Notes: generated by a model from the sequence alone, not told the origin. A DNA stretch of 64,000 bases from an uncultured Gemmatimonadales bacterium (GCA_963707505.1 CAVPQB010000005.1:64001-128000), one strand, 5' to 3'. Shown: positions 46,623 through 56,632, counted from the first letter of the stretch. Numbers and translations: made by a program.

Positions 46623-47494
46623 CGGAGAGCCTCCTCGAGTGCTGTCGCCGCATCAGTGCGCGCGTCGCGATACTTGACGATGATCGGCGTAACGATCGAG
46701 AGTTTCATTTCAGCCGCCCACTCCGATGAAGCGGGCCGCGTTCCTGGTATCACAACCGCACCCGCGGGGATGATGAGCGGGCGGTCCGACGATGCGCGGT
46801 GGACAGTCTGGTTGACGAGGTCGAACACGGGTGTGCTGCGTGTAAGAACGACGCCGGCGCCGAGCACTGCCCTGCTGCGAACGACGGTCCCCTCATAGAC
46901 GCCGCAATTCCCGCCGACCACGACATCATCTTCGATGACGACAGGAGACGCATTGATTGGTTCCAGCACGCCCCCAAGTTGCGCGGCAGCGCTCAGGTGA
47001 ACGCGCTCCCCGACCTGCGCGCACGATCCGACCAGTGCATGGGAGTCGATCATCGTCCCTGCACCGACGTACGCGCCGACATTCACGTAACTCGGCGGCA
47101 TGCACACAACGCCACGGGCGAGGAATGCGCCACGTCGGATTGAAGACCCTCCCGGCACCACGCGAACGCCATGACTCAGGCGAAGCGCACGCGGCGGGTA
47201 GGTGTCCTTGTCGAAAAACGAAAATGCTACGCCGCCCTCTCCGGCCTGCGCAAACGACATGTCGACCATCGCCCCGACACGAAAGCCGAGCAGAATACCG
47301 AGCTTGACCCATGGGACCGCGCACCAATCGCCGCCGGCACTGCGCTCGGCGGCGCGCACCGCACCGTCCTCGAGCAATGTGAGTAGCTCATCGACCGCGG
47401 CGCGCGCGTCCGTCGGTGGCGTGCCACGGACCGAAGAGAACTCTTCAATGATGCTCGCAAGGGCTGCATGCCGGTGGCTGGACGCAAGCGTCAT
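46619..47494 (-). CDS. dapD: Tetrahydrodipicolinate N-succinyltransferase
   Basis: RVVPGG, YVNVGAYV, GSCAQVG, GGVLEP. Confidence 0.93.
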   Translation of the reverse strand: MTLASSHRHAALASIIEEFSSVRGTPPTDARAAVDELLTLLEDGAVRAAERSAGGDWCAVPWVKLGILLGFRVGAMVDMSFAQAGEGGVAFSFFDKDTYPPRALRLSHGVRVVPGGSSIRRGAFLARGVVCMPPSYVNVGAYVGAGTMIDSHALVGSCAQVGERVHLSAAAQLGGVLEPINASPVVIEDDVVVGGNCGVYEGTVVRSRAVLGAGVVLTRSTPVFDLVNQTVHRASSDRPLIIPAGAVVIPGTRPASSEWAAEMKLSIVTPIIVKYRDARTDAATALEEALR

Positions 47495-48390
47495 GCGGGT
47501 AGTGCTCCGACGGACACGAGCGCGGAGCGCACTATGGCGTGATGCTGGTGAGCAAGTGGGACAAGCGGAAGGCGAAGGTTGTCGCCCATCAACTTCATCA
47601 TCGCGAGCGCGGCCTTGACCGGTATCGGATTGGATTCGACGAACGCTGCGTGCGTCCAGAGTGCGAGGCGACTGTCGATGGCTCGCGCATCATCGTAATC
47701 GCCGCGATGCGCGGCCGCGCAGAGTTGCGTGACGAGTGCCGGGGTCACATTGGACGTCACGGATGTCACACCGTCTCCGCCGGCCACCATCACCGCAAGC
47801 GTGAGCGCGTCATCTCCCGAGAGTACCGAGAAATTGTGAGGTCGATGGCGAAGTATCTGCGTTATCTGCGCGAGATTTCCCGAGGCCTCCTTCACCGCTA
47901 CAATATTGGGGTGAGCCGCGAGCTCGAGCGTCGTCTCGGCGGTGACATTGCTCGCGGTGCGTCCCGGTACGTTGTACACGACCACGGGGAGATCGACCGT
48001 GTCGGCGATCGCCCGGAAGTGTGCCACTATGCCGCGTTGCGGCGGCTTGTTGTAGGACGGAGACACATGCAACAGATGCGTCGCACCCGCGTCGCGCATC
48101 ATCCGAGAATTTGCAAGTGCACGCGCAGTATCGTTGGATCCGGCGCCCGCGACGACGGGGATGCGTCCGGCGACCACTTCTACAGTAATCTCGACGACGC
48201 GCCGCTGTTCTTCGGCGGTCATCGTTGCGGCTTCTCCTGTCGATCCGCAAGGGACGACGTAGTTGATTCCCTCCTCTATCTGCCACGCGACGAAGTTTCG
48301 CAACGCACTTTCGTCCACCTCACCCGTCGCGGTGAACGGAGTGACTATCGCCGTGCCGGCACCACGAAGCATCGGAACTGTCGATTTCAT
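47491..48390 (-). CDS. dapA: 4-hydroxy-tetrahydrodipicolinate synthase
   Basis: GSTGE, YNKP, YNVPGRT, KEASG, SGDD, ESNPIPVK. Confidence 0.95.
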   Translation of the reverse strand: MKSTVPMLRGAGTAIVTPFTATGEVDESALRNFVAWQIEEGINYVVPCGSTGEAATMTAEEQRRVVEITVEVVAGRIPVVAGAGSNDTARALANSRMMRDAGATHLLHVSPSYNKPPQRGIVAHFRAIADTVDLPVVVYNVPGRTASNVTAETTLELAAHPNIVAVKEASGNLAQITQILRHRPHNFSVLSGDDALTLAVMVAGGDGVTSVTSNVTPALVTQLCAAAHRGDYDDARAIDSRLALWTHAAFVESNPIPVKAALAMMKLMGDNLRLPLVPLAHQHHAIVRSALVSVGALPA

Positions 48391-49079
48391 CGAACCTCCT
48401 CATTGGATAACACATCGTCCAGCGTGAAGACGCCACGACGTCCAATCAGCCATCGGGCCGCAACGAGTGCGCCTTCCGCGAATACCCGCCTGTCGCGCGC
48501 TTCGTGAGAGACGACGATCTGCTCGAATCGACCATCGATAATGAGCGTGTGCGTGCCCGGAACTGAGCCGACGCGAACGCTCGTTACCGGAATCTCGCGA
48601 GCCGACCCCTCCGCGAACTTTTCCTGCAGCATGCGCGCCGTGCCAGACGGCGCATCCTTCTTTTCCGCGTGATGCGTCTCAACCAGCGCGGCATCGAATG
48701 TCGGGATATTCGCGAAAATCTCGCCTGCGCGACGCATGATGCGGGCTACCGCGTGCACGCCGAGCGAGAAATTCGGCGCCCAGAGGAGTGACCCGCCTTT
48801 CTCGGAAACGAGCCGCGAAAGCTCTGGCAGCTCATCATACCAACCGGTAGTGCCGACTACGATCGGGCATCCGGCGATGATACACGCTCGGGCATTCGCC
48901 GCAGCTGCCCCTGGCTCCGTGAATTCAATCGCGACATCCGCACCTGCGAGCGAAGTCGAGTTGACGACAGTGGTGGCGCCGAGCGTCGCGACCACGTCGA
49001 TCCCGCTCGTACGTGCGAGATCGGCGACTGCAGTTCCCATCTTACCCGGACCTATGATTGCCAGCCGAAGCGCAGTCAT
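48387..49079 (-). CDS. dapB: 4-hydroxy-tetrahydrodipicolinate reductase
   Basis: GPGKMG, VVGTTG, APNFSLG, ETHHAEKKDAPSGTA. Confidence 0.95.
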   Translation of the reverse strand: MTALRLAIIGPGKMGTAVADLARTSGIDVVATLGATTVVNSTSLAGADVAIEFTEPGAAAANARACIIAGCPIVVGTTGWYDELPELSRLVSEKGGSLLWAPNFSLGVHAVARIMRRAGEIFANIPTFDAALVETHHAEKKDAPSGTARMLQEKFAEGSAREIPVTSVRVGSVPGTHTLIIDGRFEQIVVSHEARDRRVFAEGALVAARWLIGRRGVFTLDDVLSNEEVR

Positions 49080-50438
49080 GAAACCGTCTCATGCGGAAAG
49101 AACTCGTCATGCAGCGACCGCATTGCGTCCTGCATCGAGGCACCGTCGACGACAACGGTGAGATTGATACCGCTGGCACTCAGTGAAACCATGTGAACGT
49201 GCATGCCGCCCAACGCCTGCAGCGCGCGGCCCATGCAATCGCCGCGGTCGCCGATACCCGAGCCGACTATCGCGACCACTGCGCGATCTCGCTCTATTGA
49301 AACGTCGCCGAGCATGCGCAGGTCGACGAGCAGCTCATCCAGGCGCGTGGCGTCGTCGAGTGTCACCGAGACGGACACTTCGGATGTGGATACGACGTCA
49401 ACGGATGTGCGATGCCGCTCGAAGATCTCGAAAACGCTACGGAGAAATCCCTTCGCGAGCAGCATGCGAGGTGCGCTCACTCTCACGGTCGTGACGTCGC
49501 CCTTGGCGGCGATCGCGGTCACCGGGCGTCGGGGCGCATCGAACATGATGCGCGTGCCGGATCGCGTCGGGTTACGAGTGTTGTAGATGTACACCGGGAT
49601 TCCCCGGCGGACGGCCGGTGCGATCGTATTCGGATGCAACACCTTCGCGCCGAACGACGCAAGCTCCGACGCTTCGTCGAATCGGATCTGGGAGATCAGC
49701 TTCGCACCACTCACCACGCGCGGATCGGCCGTCAGCATTCCATCCACATCGGTCCATATCTCGATGTCGTCCGCCCCGAGTGCTGCGCCAAGCAGCGACG
49801 CGGTGTAATCGGAGCCGCCGCGCCCGAGTGTTGTCGTTACGCCGGTCACCGTAGCGCCGATGTAGCCGCCGAGCACCGGAACGAGCCCCGACCGGACCAT
49901 CGGTGCCACACGATCGCGCGCGCGGTCCGAGATCGAATCCAGATTGGGTTCGGCTTGATTGAAATGGTCGCTGGTGACAATGACTTCGCGCGCGTCCACA
50001 TGCTGCGCTGGAATTCCTCGCGCACGAAATGCTTCGGTGACCAGCAACGCCGACATCTGCTCGCCGAATGACGCGACCGCGTCGAGGCTCCGCGGTGTTA
50101 TGTGGCCGAGTGTCGTGAGTGCCTCGGCGAGACTCGCGACCTCGTCGCACATTGCGGCAATCTCCGCGGTCGTGTCCGGACCACCTGGAACATCGCGAAG
50201 CAGAACGTCGCACATCGCGACGTGCCGCTCGCGGATGTGCTCGACCGACCTGAGTGCGCCGATGAGCTGGCCGCGCGCCGCCTGTTCCGCGATGCCGAGT
50301 AGCTCGGTCGTCGGTGCCGCTCGCTGCGGAGACCACGACTACGGGCGCACGATGCACGCGGCTCGCGACGACGTCCGCGGCGCGGCAGATCGCATCCGCG
50401 TCGCCGACTGACGTGCCACCGAACTTGACGACTATCAC
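49076..50438 (-). CDS. lysC: Aspartokinase (frameshift near 50310)
   Basis: VIVVKFGGTSVGD, VVVVSA, TTLGRGGSDY, WTDVDG..ADPR, GAKVLHP, ACT domains. Confidence 0.93.
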
Positions 50439-51511
50439 GTACGCGCCACGTAGCCCTGGGTAACGAGCAGCTCCGCATTCATTATTGCGCCGCCCGCTGC
50501 GCCGCGAATGGTGTTGCTGCCCATTGCTACCATCCGTACATCGAGCAGCTCGTCGCGCCGGATGCGTCCGACAGTTACGGTCATCCCGTTGCCCCGCATC
50601 ACGTCGCGACGCGGTTGCGGATGATCCGGCGCTGTCGTGACAACTATCGGTCGATCCGGACGCGACGGGAGATCCATGGCTTCCACACGGCCGGTCCACG
50701 CCATGATTGCATCGGTGACCTGCTCCGGCGTCGCGGAGGACGCGAGTCCGATCGACATGCACGTCGTGTGTCCGTGCTCCACCGGGACACGATTGGCGTG
50801 CGCAGTCACCCGGAATGGCGCCGACTCGATGGCCCCGCCACTCACGACGCCGAGCAGCTTGCCGATCTCAGCTTCGATCTTCGGCTCCTCGTCCGCGATG
50901 TACGGAATGACGTTGCCCATTATGTCGAGCGACGGTACGCCTGGGTATCCGGCGCCCGAGACCGCCTGCATGGTCGCGATGAACATCCGGGTTATACCAA
51001 AGGCTTCATGCAGTGGCGCGAGCGGCAGCGCCGCAACCGTGGATGAACAGTTGGCGTTCGTCACGATCGCGCCGGCCCAGTCGCAGCGTTTGCGCTGCGC
51101 GTCGATCACCGCGAGATGTTGCGCGTTGATTTCAGGAATGAGCAGCGGAACATCGCTCAACATGCGGTGATTCTTCGCGTTGCTGCAAACGAATCTGCCG
51201 GCGCGGGCGAACGCGATCTCCACGTCGCCCGCCACGCCCGAGTCGAGCGCCGAAAACACTATCGACGATGAAACCGAATCCGGCGTGCACGGCGTTACCA
51301 TGAGCGACGCGACGTTCGCAGGCATCTCTCCCTCGAGCCAGTGCGCGGCATCTGCGTACCGCCTGCCCGCAGATCTTTCGGATGCCGCAACCTCGGCGAC
51401 GCGAAACCAGGGATGATCGCGCAACAGCCTGATGAACGTCTGCCCCACTGCACCCGTGGCGCCGAGCACCGCGACCGGGATGCGATCGCGACCGATTTGA
51501 TTGTCTGTCAT
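50435..51511 (-). CDS. asd: Aspartate-semialdehyde dehydrogenase
   Basis: VLGATGAVGQ, PLLIPEIN, NANCS, QAVSGAG, NRVPVEHGH, NTIRGAAG. Confidence 0.95.
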   Translation of the reverse strand: MTDNQIGRDRIPVAVLGATGAVGQTFIRLLRDHPWFRVAEVAASERSAGRRYADAAHWLEGEMPANVASLMVTPCTPDSVSSSIVFSALDSGVAGDVEIAFARAGRFVCSNAKNHRMLSDVPLLIPEINAQHLAVIDAQRKRCDWAGAIVTNANCSSTVAALPLAPLHEAFGITRMFIATMQAVSGAGYPGVPSLDIMGNVIPYIADEEPKIEAEIGKLLGVVSGGAIESAPFRVTAHANRVPVEHGHTTCMSIGLASSATPEQVTDAIMAWTGRVEAMDLPSRPDRPIVVTTAPDHPQPRRDVMRGNGMTVTVGRIRRDELLDVRMVAMGSNTIRGAAGGAIMNAELLVTQGYVART

Positions 51512-52506
51512 TGAGCTAGCAGTTGCCTTACGAGTGACACGTACGTCGAGACGCTCGCACGTAGCTCATCGACATCGACGTATTCGTCGGGCGTGTGTGC
51601 CACATGGATGGATCCCGGTCCGAACAACAGAGGAGTTCCCCAGCGAGCGAGCAGCGGGATGTCGGATGTGTACGAGACCGGTGCGACCTCATAACCATCC
51701 AGCACATGAAAGCGTTGAGCGGGAATCGTCGATCCGAACTCGACGTCTGCGCCGCCTGCATGGGCCCAGTCCGAGATCAGGCGCTTGATTGGCTCGACGT
51801 CGCTCACGAGACGCAGCATCACTTCTGACTCCGCGCTTCCCGGAATGATGTTCGCTTCCGTTCCACCGGTGATCGTCCCAATGTTGACGGTTGTTGCGCC
51901 GAGCACTGGATCGGAGGGGAAATCGACGGCGTGGATCGTGGGAAGCAAACGCAGGAGCGGCTCGATTGCTGACGCGCCGAGCTCGGGATACGCGGAATGC
52001 GCCTCCCGTCCGTGGGTGCGCACGATGAAGCGCAACGATCCCTTGCAGCCGCTCGCCAACTTGCTCTCGGTTGGCTCGCCGTTGACGAGGTAGCGACTCG
52101 TCGCGGCGAGGTTGTTGGCGGCGCGCGCGCCGTCAGATCCTTTCTCCTCGCCTACGACGAACAGGAGATCCACGCGGTCTTCGCCTTCGTTTACGAGCTG
52201 CTCGGCGGCAGCCATCATTGCCGCTGCAATCCCCTTCGCGTCGCACGCACCACGGCCGTAGAGGCGATTGCCGCTCAGCCGTGGCGGATGGTAGGGCGGA
52301 ACGGTGTCGAGATGCGTGGAAAGCGTCACTCCTCCACCGCGCCGCGAAGCCCAGATGTTGCCGCGTCCAGGCGAGACTTCCTGGATCGACACGTTCCAGT
52401 GCCGACTCACGAGCCAGCGCGCGACGAAATCGATCGCTGCTCCCTCGTCTCTTGTAAATGATTGTATCGACAGCAGTTCTGCGGCGAGCGCGACGACATC
52501 GGTCAT
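51508..52506 (-). CDS. M20/ArgE/DapE-family deacylase (probable DapE role)
   Basis: HLDTVPP, GRGACDAKG, GEE, NGEPT, AHTPDE; first gene of the dap operon. Confidence 0.85.
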   Translation of the reverse strand: MTDVVALAAELLSIQSFTRDEGAAIDFVARWLVSRHWNVSIQEVSPGRGNIWASRRGGGVTLSTHLDTVPPYHPPRLSGNRLYGRGACDAKGIAAAMMAAAEQLVNEGEDRVDLLFVVGEEKGSDGARAANNLAATSRYLVNGEPTESKLASGCKGSLRFIVRTHGREAHSAYPELGASAIEPLLRLLPTIHAVDFPSDPVLGATTVNIGTITGGTEANIIPGSAESEVMLRLVSDVEPIKRLISDWAHAGGADVEFGSTIPAQRFHVLDGYEVAPVSYTSDIPLLARWGTPLLFGPGSIHVAHTPDEYVDVDELRASVSTYVSLVRQLLAQ

Positions 52507-52593
52507 GCGCGCAAGTTAGTGGCAGAGGTATCGCGTTGGGAGCGGAGAGAAATGGGCAGGCGCGGGGGCCTGCCCGTACGACGGTTCGTGCGC

Positions 52594-53115
52594 CTAGCGG
52601 CTGAGCTCCGCCGTGGCTGTCGCAGCGACGTTGTGATCACCTTGTCGGACCTGCTCGACGAACAATTGCTGCACGAGTCGGTTCGCGTCGCGATTGTAGG
52701 AGTCGTGATCGCGCTCGCCTGTCTCGCCGATATCCGCGAGCCGCGGCAGGCCCAGCGCGCGGCCGGCCTCCCGGAAAGTCTTGAAGGTATCTTCGGCCTG
52801 CCGCGACATGACGATGTCGCCTACCAGGCGCAGGAAGTCGCTCTCGCGGACCGAGTCAGCCAGGTCGCGGGCGGCATTGGCCGTTGCGCCGAGGGCCCGC
52901 TTGAGTACGCCTGCGCTCGGCGCACCGAGCTCATTCTGATAGTCTTCGAGCATGCGTTGGTGATCGCGCATGGCGGGTATATAACGCGTGCAGAGATCGC
53001 GAAAACGCGGGTCTTCGGCCTGGGATTCGTGGTCCTCCAATCCCTTGAGAAAGGCGTGATGCTGTGCGGCTGCGTTGTGCACCTGGGATTTGAGAAAGTC
53101 GTTGCCTGTATCCAT
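52594..53115 (-). CDS. Hypothetical all-helical protein, ferritin-like fold suspected
   Basis: GGAGGA RBS before MDTGNDF; helical sequence with RDH and ERDH motifs. Confidence 0.7.
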   Translation of the reverse strand: MDTGNDFLKSQVHNAAAQHHAFLKGLEDHESQAEDPRFRDLCTRYIPAMRDHQRMLEDYQNELGAPSAGVLKRALGATANAARDLADSVRESDFLRLVGDIVMSRQAEDTFKTFREAGRALGLPRLADIGETGERDHDSYNRDANRLVQQLFVEQVRQGDHNVAATATAELSR

Positions 53116-53322
53116 TGCTCCTCCGTGGGGTGGTTGAGGGTTATTCGAGAGGTGGCCGAGCACGTCCCGAGCCATGGTGCGGGCGCGGGGCCCCACGCTC
53201 GAATAGCCGGTACTTTTCCACATAGCGCCCTTGCTTTGAAACACGCAAAACACTAGGTTTACACATACCGAATAATCACCGAAAACCGCATCGTAAGTAG
53301 TGAATTACCAACGACTTGGCAC

Positions 53323-53655
53323 GTGCCAATAAAACAGGTCAAAGGCCGCGCCGGGGCTCGGAAAACGCGAAAGGTCCAGATTCCGCAGGTCCCGTCCAGC
53401 TACGACGTGGAGCCGCTCAATCCGTGGCTTCAATGTGGGCCGGACACGACGGTGACAGAGTTGTGGAAGGTGTGGGAGCGGACGGAGAAGGAAGCCACGC
53501 TGCACCTGGTGTACTTCGATCGGTACGGTTGGTACTGCGAACACGGAGCTGGCTGCAAGGCAGTTGCGGAGGTACGGAGGATTGTTCGGACAATGAGCGC
53601 GAATGCGCCTAGACCCAGGAGCTCTGGCAAGACCAGGGCGAGGAAACGGAAATGA
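53323..53655 (+). CDS. Small hypothetical protein with CEHGxxC motif and basic termini
   Basis: Coherent ORF whose stop overlaps the next ATG (ATGA); start uncertain. Confidence 0.7.
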   Translation: MPIKQVKGRAGARKTRKVQIPQVPSSYDVEPLNPWLQCGPDTTVTELWKVWERTEKEATLHLVYFDRYGWYCEHGAGCKAVAEVRRIVRTMSANAPRPRSSGKTRARKRK

Positions 53656-54485
53656 TTGCGAGACAGGAAACATTCAATTCGAAGGACGCCGTATGGTCAG
53701 CGCTGGCGGCCCCGGTGCCTGCGGGAACGATCTCGTGGCGCCAGGACGGAAAGCCGGTAGCTCGTGACGGACGTCACTTCGCGCGCTTCGTGTGTTACAT
53801 CGAAGCGAACACGGTGCGGGAACGCCTCGACACAGTTGTCCCGGGCGAGTGGGATCTGACTCTCGAGATGCTGCCGCAGATCCACGGCGCCGAGGTCGAT
53901 TCGGATTCAGTCTGCGCGTTCAAGGCGCGACTTCAGGTACTCGGCGTGATCCGCGAGGACGTCGGGACCGGTCGGGACTACAAGCAGGCTGCGACAGATG
54001 CGTTCAAGCGCGCAGCGGTGCGGTTCGGAATTGGAAACGAGCTGTACTCGTACGAGCAGAACTGGGTCGAGGTCGATGGCGACGGCAAGTATGCCAAGCC
54101 AGTGGAAGATCCGGCAACCGCCTACGAGCGCAGGCACGGCGGTAGCGCCGGAAAGTCGAGCCGGTCCGCGGTTGCGACTGACGACGTGAGCGCGATGAAG
54201 GAAGCGAACACGCTGACCGACGTCGATGCGGTGAGCTGCCCCAAGTGCGGCGGCCGCATGTGGGACAACCGTCTGACCAAGCGGAACCCCAAGGCGCCCG
54301 ACTACAAGTGCAGAGATCGAAACTGCGACGGGGTCGTGTGGCCGGCGAAAGCCAGTGGAAGCAACGCGGAGCATGATGGAGCTGACGCCGCAGAAGAAGT
54401 GGTCGCCGAGGTGGAGACACCGAAGGCACCTGCGCGGAAGACGCGCGCGGCGAAGCTGGCGTTGACGGACGAGATTCCGTTCTAA
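53652..54485 (+). CDS. Rad52/Rad22-family single-strand annealing protein with Zn ribbon and DEIPF tail
   Basis: LAAPVP..ISWR, YIEANTVRERLD.V..W, REDVG, KQAATDAFKRAAVRFGIG..LY; CPKCGG..YKCRDRNC; ends DEIPF. Confidence 0.88.
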   Translation: MIARQETFNSKDAVWSALAAPVPAGTISWRQDGKPVARDGRHFARFVCYIEANTVRERLDTVVPGEWDLTLEMLPQIHGAEVDSDSVCAFKARLQVLGVIREDVGTGRDYKQAATDAFKRAAVRFGIGNELYSYEQNWVEVDGDGKYAKPVEDPATAYERRHGGSAGKSSRSAVATDDVSAMKEANTLTDVDAVSCPKCGGRMWDNRLTKRNPKAPDYKCRDRNCDGVVWPAKASGSNAEHDGADAAEEVVAEVETPKAPARKTRAAKLALTDEIPF

Positions 54486-54508
54486 CTCTGAAGTGAATCT
54501 CATGTGAA

Positions 54509-54549
54509 CAAAGAGGGGAAGCGAATCCATGATTCGCTTCCCCTCTTTG
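54509..54549. terminator. Long perfect hairpin, likely bidirectional terminator
   Basis: caaagaggggaagcgaatc-cat-gattcgcttcccctctttg (19-bp stem) between convergent annealase gene and tRNA-Leu. Confidence 0.8.
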
Positions 54550-54590
54550 GATCAGGACAGCGCAGACAATGCTGCGGTCGTCACAAAAAA

Positions 54591-54675
54591 TGCTCGGAGC
54601 CGGACTCGAACCGGCATGGAATTATGTTCCAAGGGATTTTAAGTCCCTCGCGTCTACCCATTTCGCCATCCGAGC
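54591..54675 (-). tRNA. tRNA-Leu(TAA)
   Basis: GCTCGGATGGCGAAATGGGTAGACGCGAGGGACT-TAA-AATCCCT, long variable arm, GGTTCGAGTCCGGCTCCGAGCA. Confidence 0.95.
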
Positions 54676-54742
54676 TAACACGCGCAAAGGGCGTGGTACA
54701 AGACATCAATATACGAAGCTCCGCTGGCTTACGAAGGGCGGA

Positions 54743-56554
54743 TCAACCAGCGGGGATGCCAAGCACACTGACGGCATACCAAACCGAGTATGCGATGAGC
54801 GCCGAGAGCGACGCGTCACCGCCATTCGCTATCGCCATGCCCTCAGCGTCCACGAATTCCGCCGCGAGACCACCATCGAGATCGGCTCGACGTAACCACT
54901 CGAGTGTCTTCGCGGCGTCCGGTCCCATCAGCGTAGCGCATCGCTCGGCGAGGTTGATCTGCGCGGCGTCGGCATCGGATTGCTCGAGCCGGCGAACGGT
55001 GCGGCGATAGATCGAATCGTCGCGGGAGAGCATGTGATAGAGCGGGAGCCAGAACACCGACCCCACGGGATCATCACGCATCGACGTTGCGCCGGCGAGA
55101 TCCGTTGCGGTAGAGAATAAGGTTCGCGACGAGTCCTTGTCGGTGGCGAACTGGCGCGTGATTGCGGCGCGGACCGCATCGGCGTTCTGAACGTGCTCGG
55201 CGGTCTTCTCGTCCAGCGTCTGCTTGAGCACCTCGAGCGCGTCCGCTACCAGCGCGTTGCCGTGCAGCGTGTATGGCAGCTCCGCGTCGGCGCCGGACGG
55301 AGTTGCGTCGGTTCTGTACAACGGCAGCGAGCCGTGGCGTGATGCGGCGATGTCGTCGTTCGCTGCATAGAGCGCTTCGGCGATCGGCGCGTCCTCGACG
55401 ATGCGATCGTCGCCGGTCTGCGCGACGTAGCGATCGACAGAGACCGGATATGCAGCTGCTGCATCGAGACAGAACGCTACGTCGAACGGAGTGCCATCGA
55501 TGTAGTTGACACCGCGGCCCGGCGCGTAGCCGTGCAGCTCGCAGGTTCTCAGCAACAGCTCTCGCGCGAGCGCGGTGTCGGCGAGCTGAAATGCAGGCAC
55601 GAGCCACATCAACGCCTCATAGTCGCGTACTGTCAATCCCTGCGCGCACCATGGAATGCGAGAGCGGAAGATATACCACCGCGCGTCGTCGATCGCGCGA
55701 CCGGCAGCGTAGAAGTACGCGAACATCAGATGCCGATTGATCAGACGATCTGCAGCCGGAACGCCGGTGGATTGCTGCAGCATCGAGATTGCGTCGCGCG
55801 TCTGTGACGCAAGCGTTCGCCAGCCACGGCGTCGCATGCGCTGCACCATCGCGACGGCGCCGTCGACTTCGGGACCTGCCGCAGCGTACAATGCAAGATC
55901 GACTCGCTCGCCCGGTTGGAGCGAAGCCTCGCGGCTCAGGGTGAAACGTGCCGTGCCGTCGGTGGTCGCGGCGACCGCTCCAATCATCGAATCACCTGTC
56001 AATGCCAACGCCGTTTCGGAGCCGCGACTCGTTCCGCGCAGAGTGATAATATCGTCCGTCAGTGTCGCGACGTGCGCGTCGTCAAAGCGGCGCGCTGTAC
56101 GAATGCGGTGTTGGCGAACGCCAAGTGTGCCCTGAGCGCGGAAGTTGACAGAGGCAGCTGATTGACCGCGATTCTCGATCGATATCGCGTAAACGAAGCC
56201 GGGGAAGTCGGCCGCGCGGCCACAGGGAGCGAAGATGGTGCCGCGAATGACGAGATCGCCGACGGTCGAATTGAAGGCCGGCAGCCATTCGAGGACCCGT
56301 TGCCAGGCCATCCGGGTCGTGGCGAGCTCGATCGGCGAGCCGTCGGACTCGAAGCTCAACCGCAACAGGGGTTCACCTGCGCCATTCTCGAAGTCAGGTG
56401 CGCCGGCGAACTCGATGGCGCCCCGGTGAGCCAGGGAGATCAGCCCGACTCCATGGATGGAACCGTCGGCCGGATGCACGCACGGCAACGAGAGCCAGTG
56501 GTTCCCGGTTACCTGCCACGGAATGGTTGGTGGCGTGCGCAGCTCATACCTCAC
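54743..56554 (-). CDS. Six-hairpin glycosidase-like protein (GH125-like)
   Basis: RD..LMW.VPA..LAD..LARELL, YIDGT..F.LD, DRYVAQTGD, GLAAEFVD resemble GH125-related (alpha/alpha)6 proteins. Confidence 0.55.
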   Translation of the reverse strand: MRYELRTPPTIPWQVTGNHWLSLPCVHPADGSIHGVGLISLAHRGAIEFAGAPDFENGAGEPLLRLSFESDGSPIELATTRMAWQRVLEWLPAFNSTVGDLVIRGTIFAPCGRAADFPGFVYAISIENRGQSAASVNFRAQGTLGVRQHRIRTARRFDDAHVATLTDDIITLRGTSRGSETALALTGDSMIGAVAATTDGTARFTLSREASLQPGERVDLALYAAAGPEVDGAVAMVQRMRRRGWRTLASQTRDAISMLQQSTGVPAADRLINRHLMFAYFYAAGRAIDDARWYIFRSRIPWCAQGLTVRDYEALMWLVPAFQLADTALARELLLRTCELHGYAPGRGVNYIDGTPFDVAFCLDAAAAYPVSVDRYVAQTGDDRIVEDAPIAEALYAANDDIAASRHGSLPLYRTDATPSGADAELPYTLHGNALVADALEVLKQTLDEKTAEHVQNADAVRAAITRQFATDKDSSRTLFSTATDLAGATSMRDDPVGSVFWLPLYHMLSRDDSIYRRTVRRLEQSDADAAQINLAERCATLMGPDAAKTLEWLRRADLDGGLAAEFVDAEGMAIANGGDASLSALIAYSVWYAVSVLGIPAG

Positions 56555-56632
56555 TTAGCTTTGGTTGACACGGACGGAACCGGAATGCTAACGTCCCCGC
56601 GTCGCGCCTACAACGATTTTTACCGAGAGCAC

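Noticed and set aside
52507..52593. Lysine riboswitch before the dap operon
   Set aside because: Only 87 nt of intergenic space, too short for an L-box.
52594..54675. Prophage remnant at tRNA-Leu
   Set aside because: No integrase, no other phage genes, and no duplicated tRNA 3' end seen.
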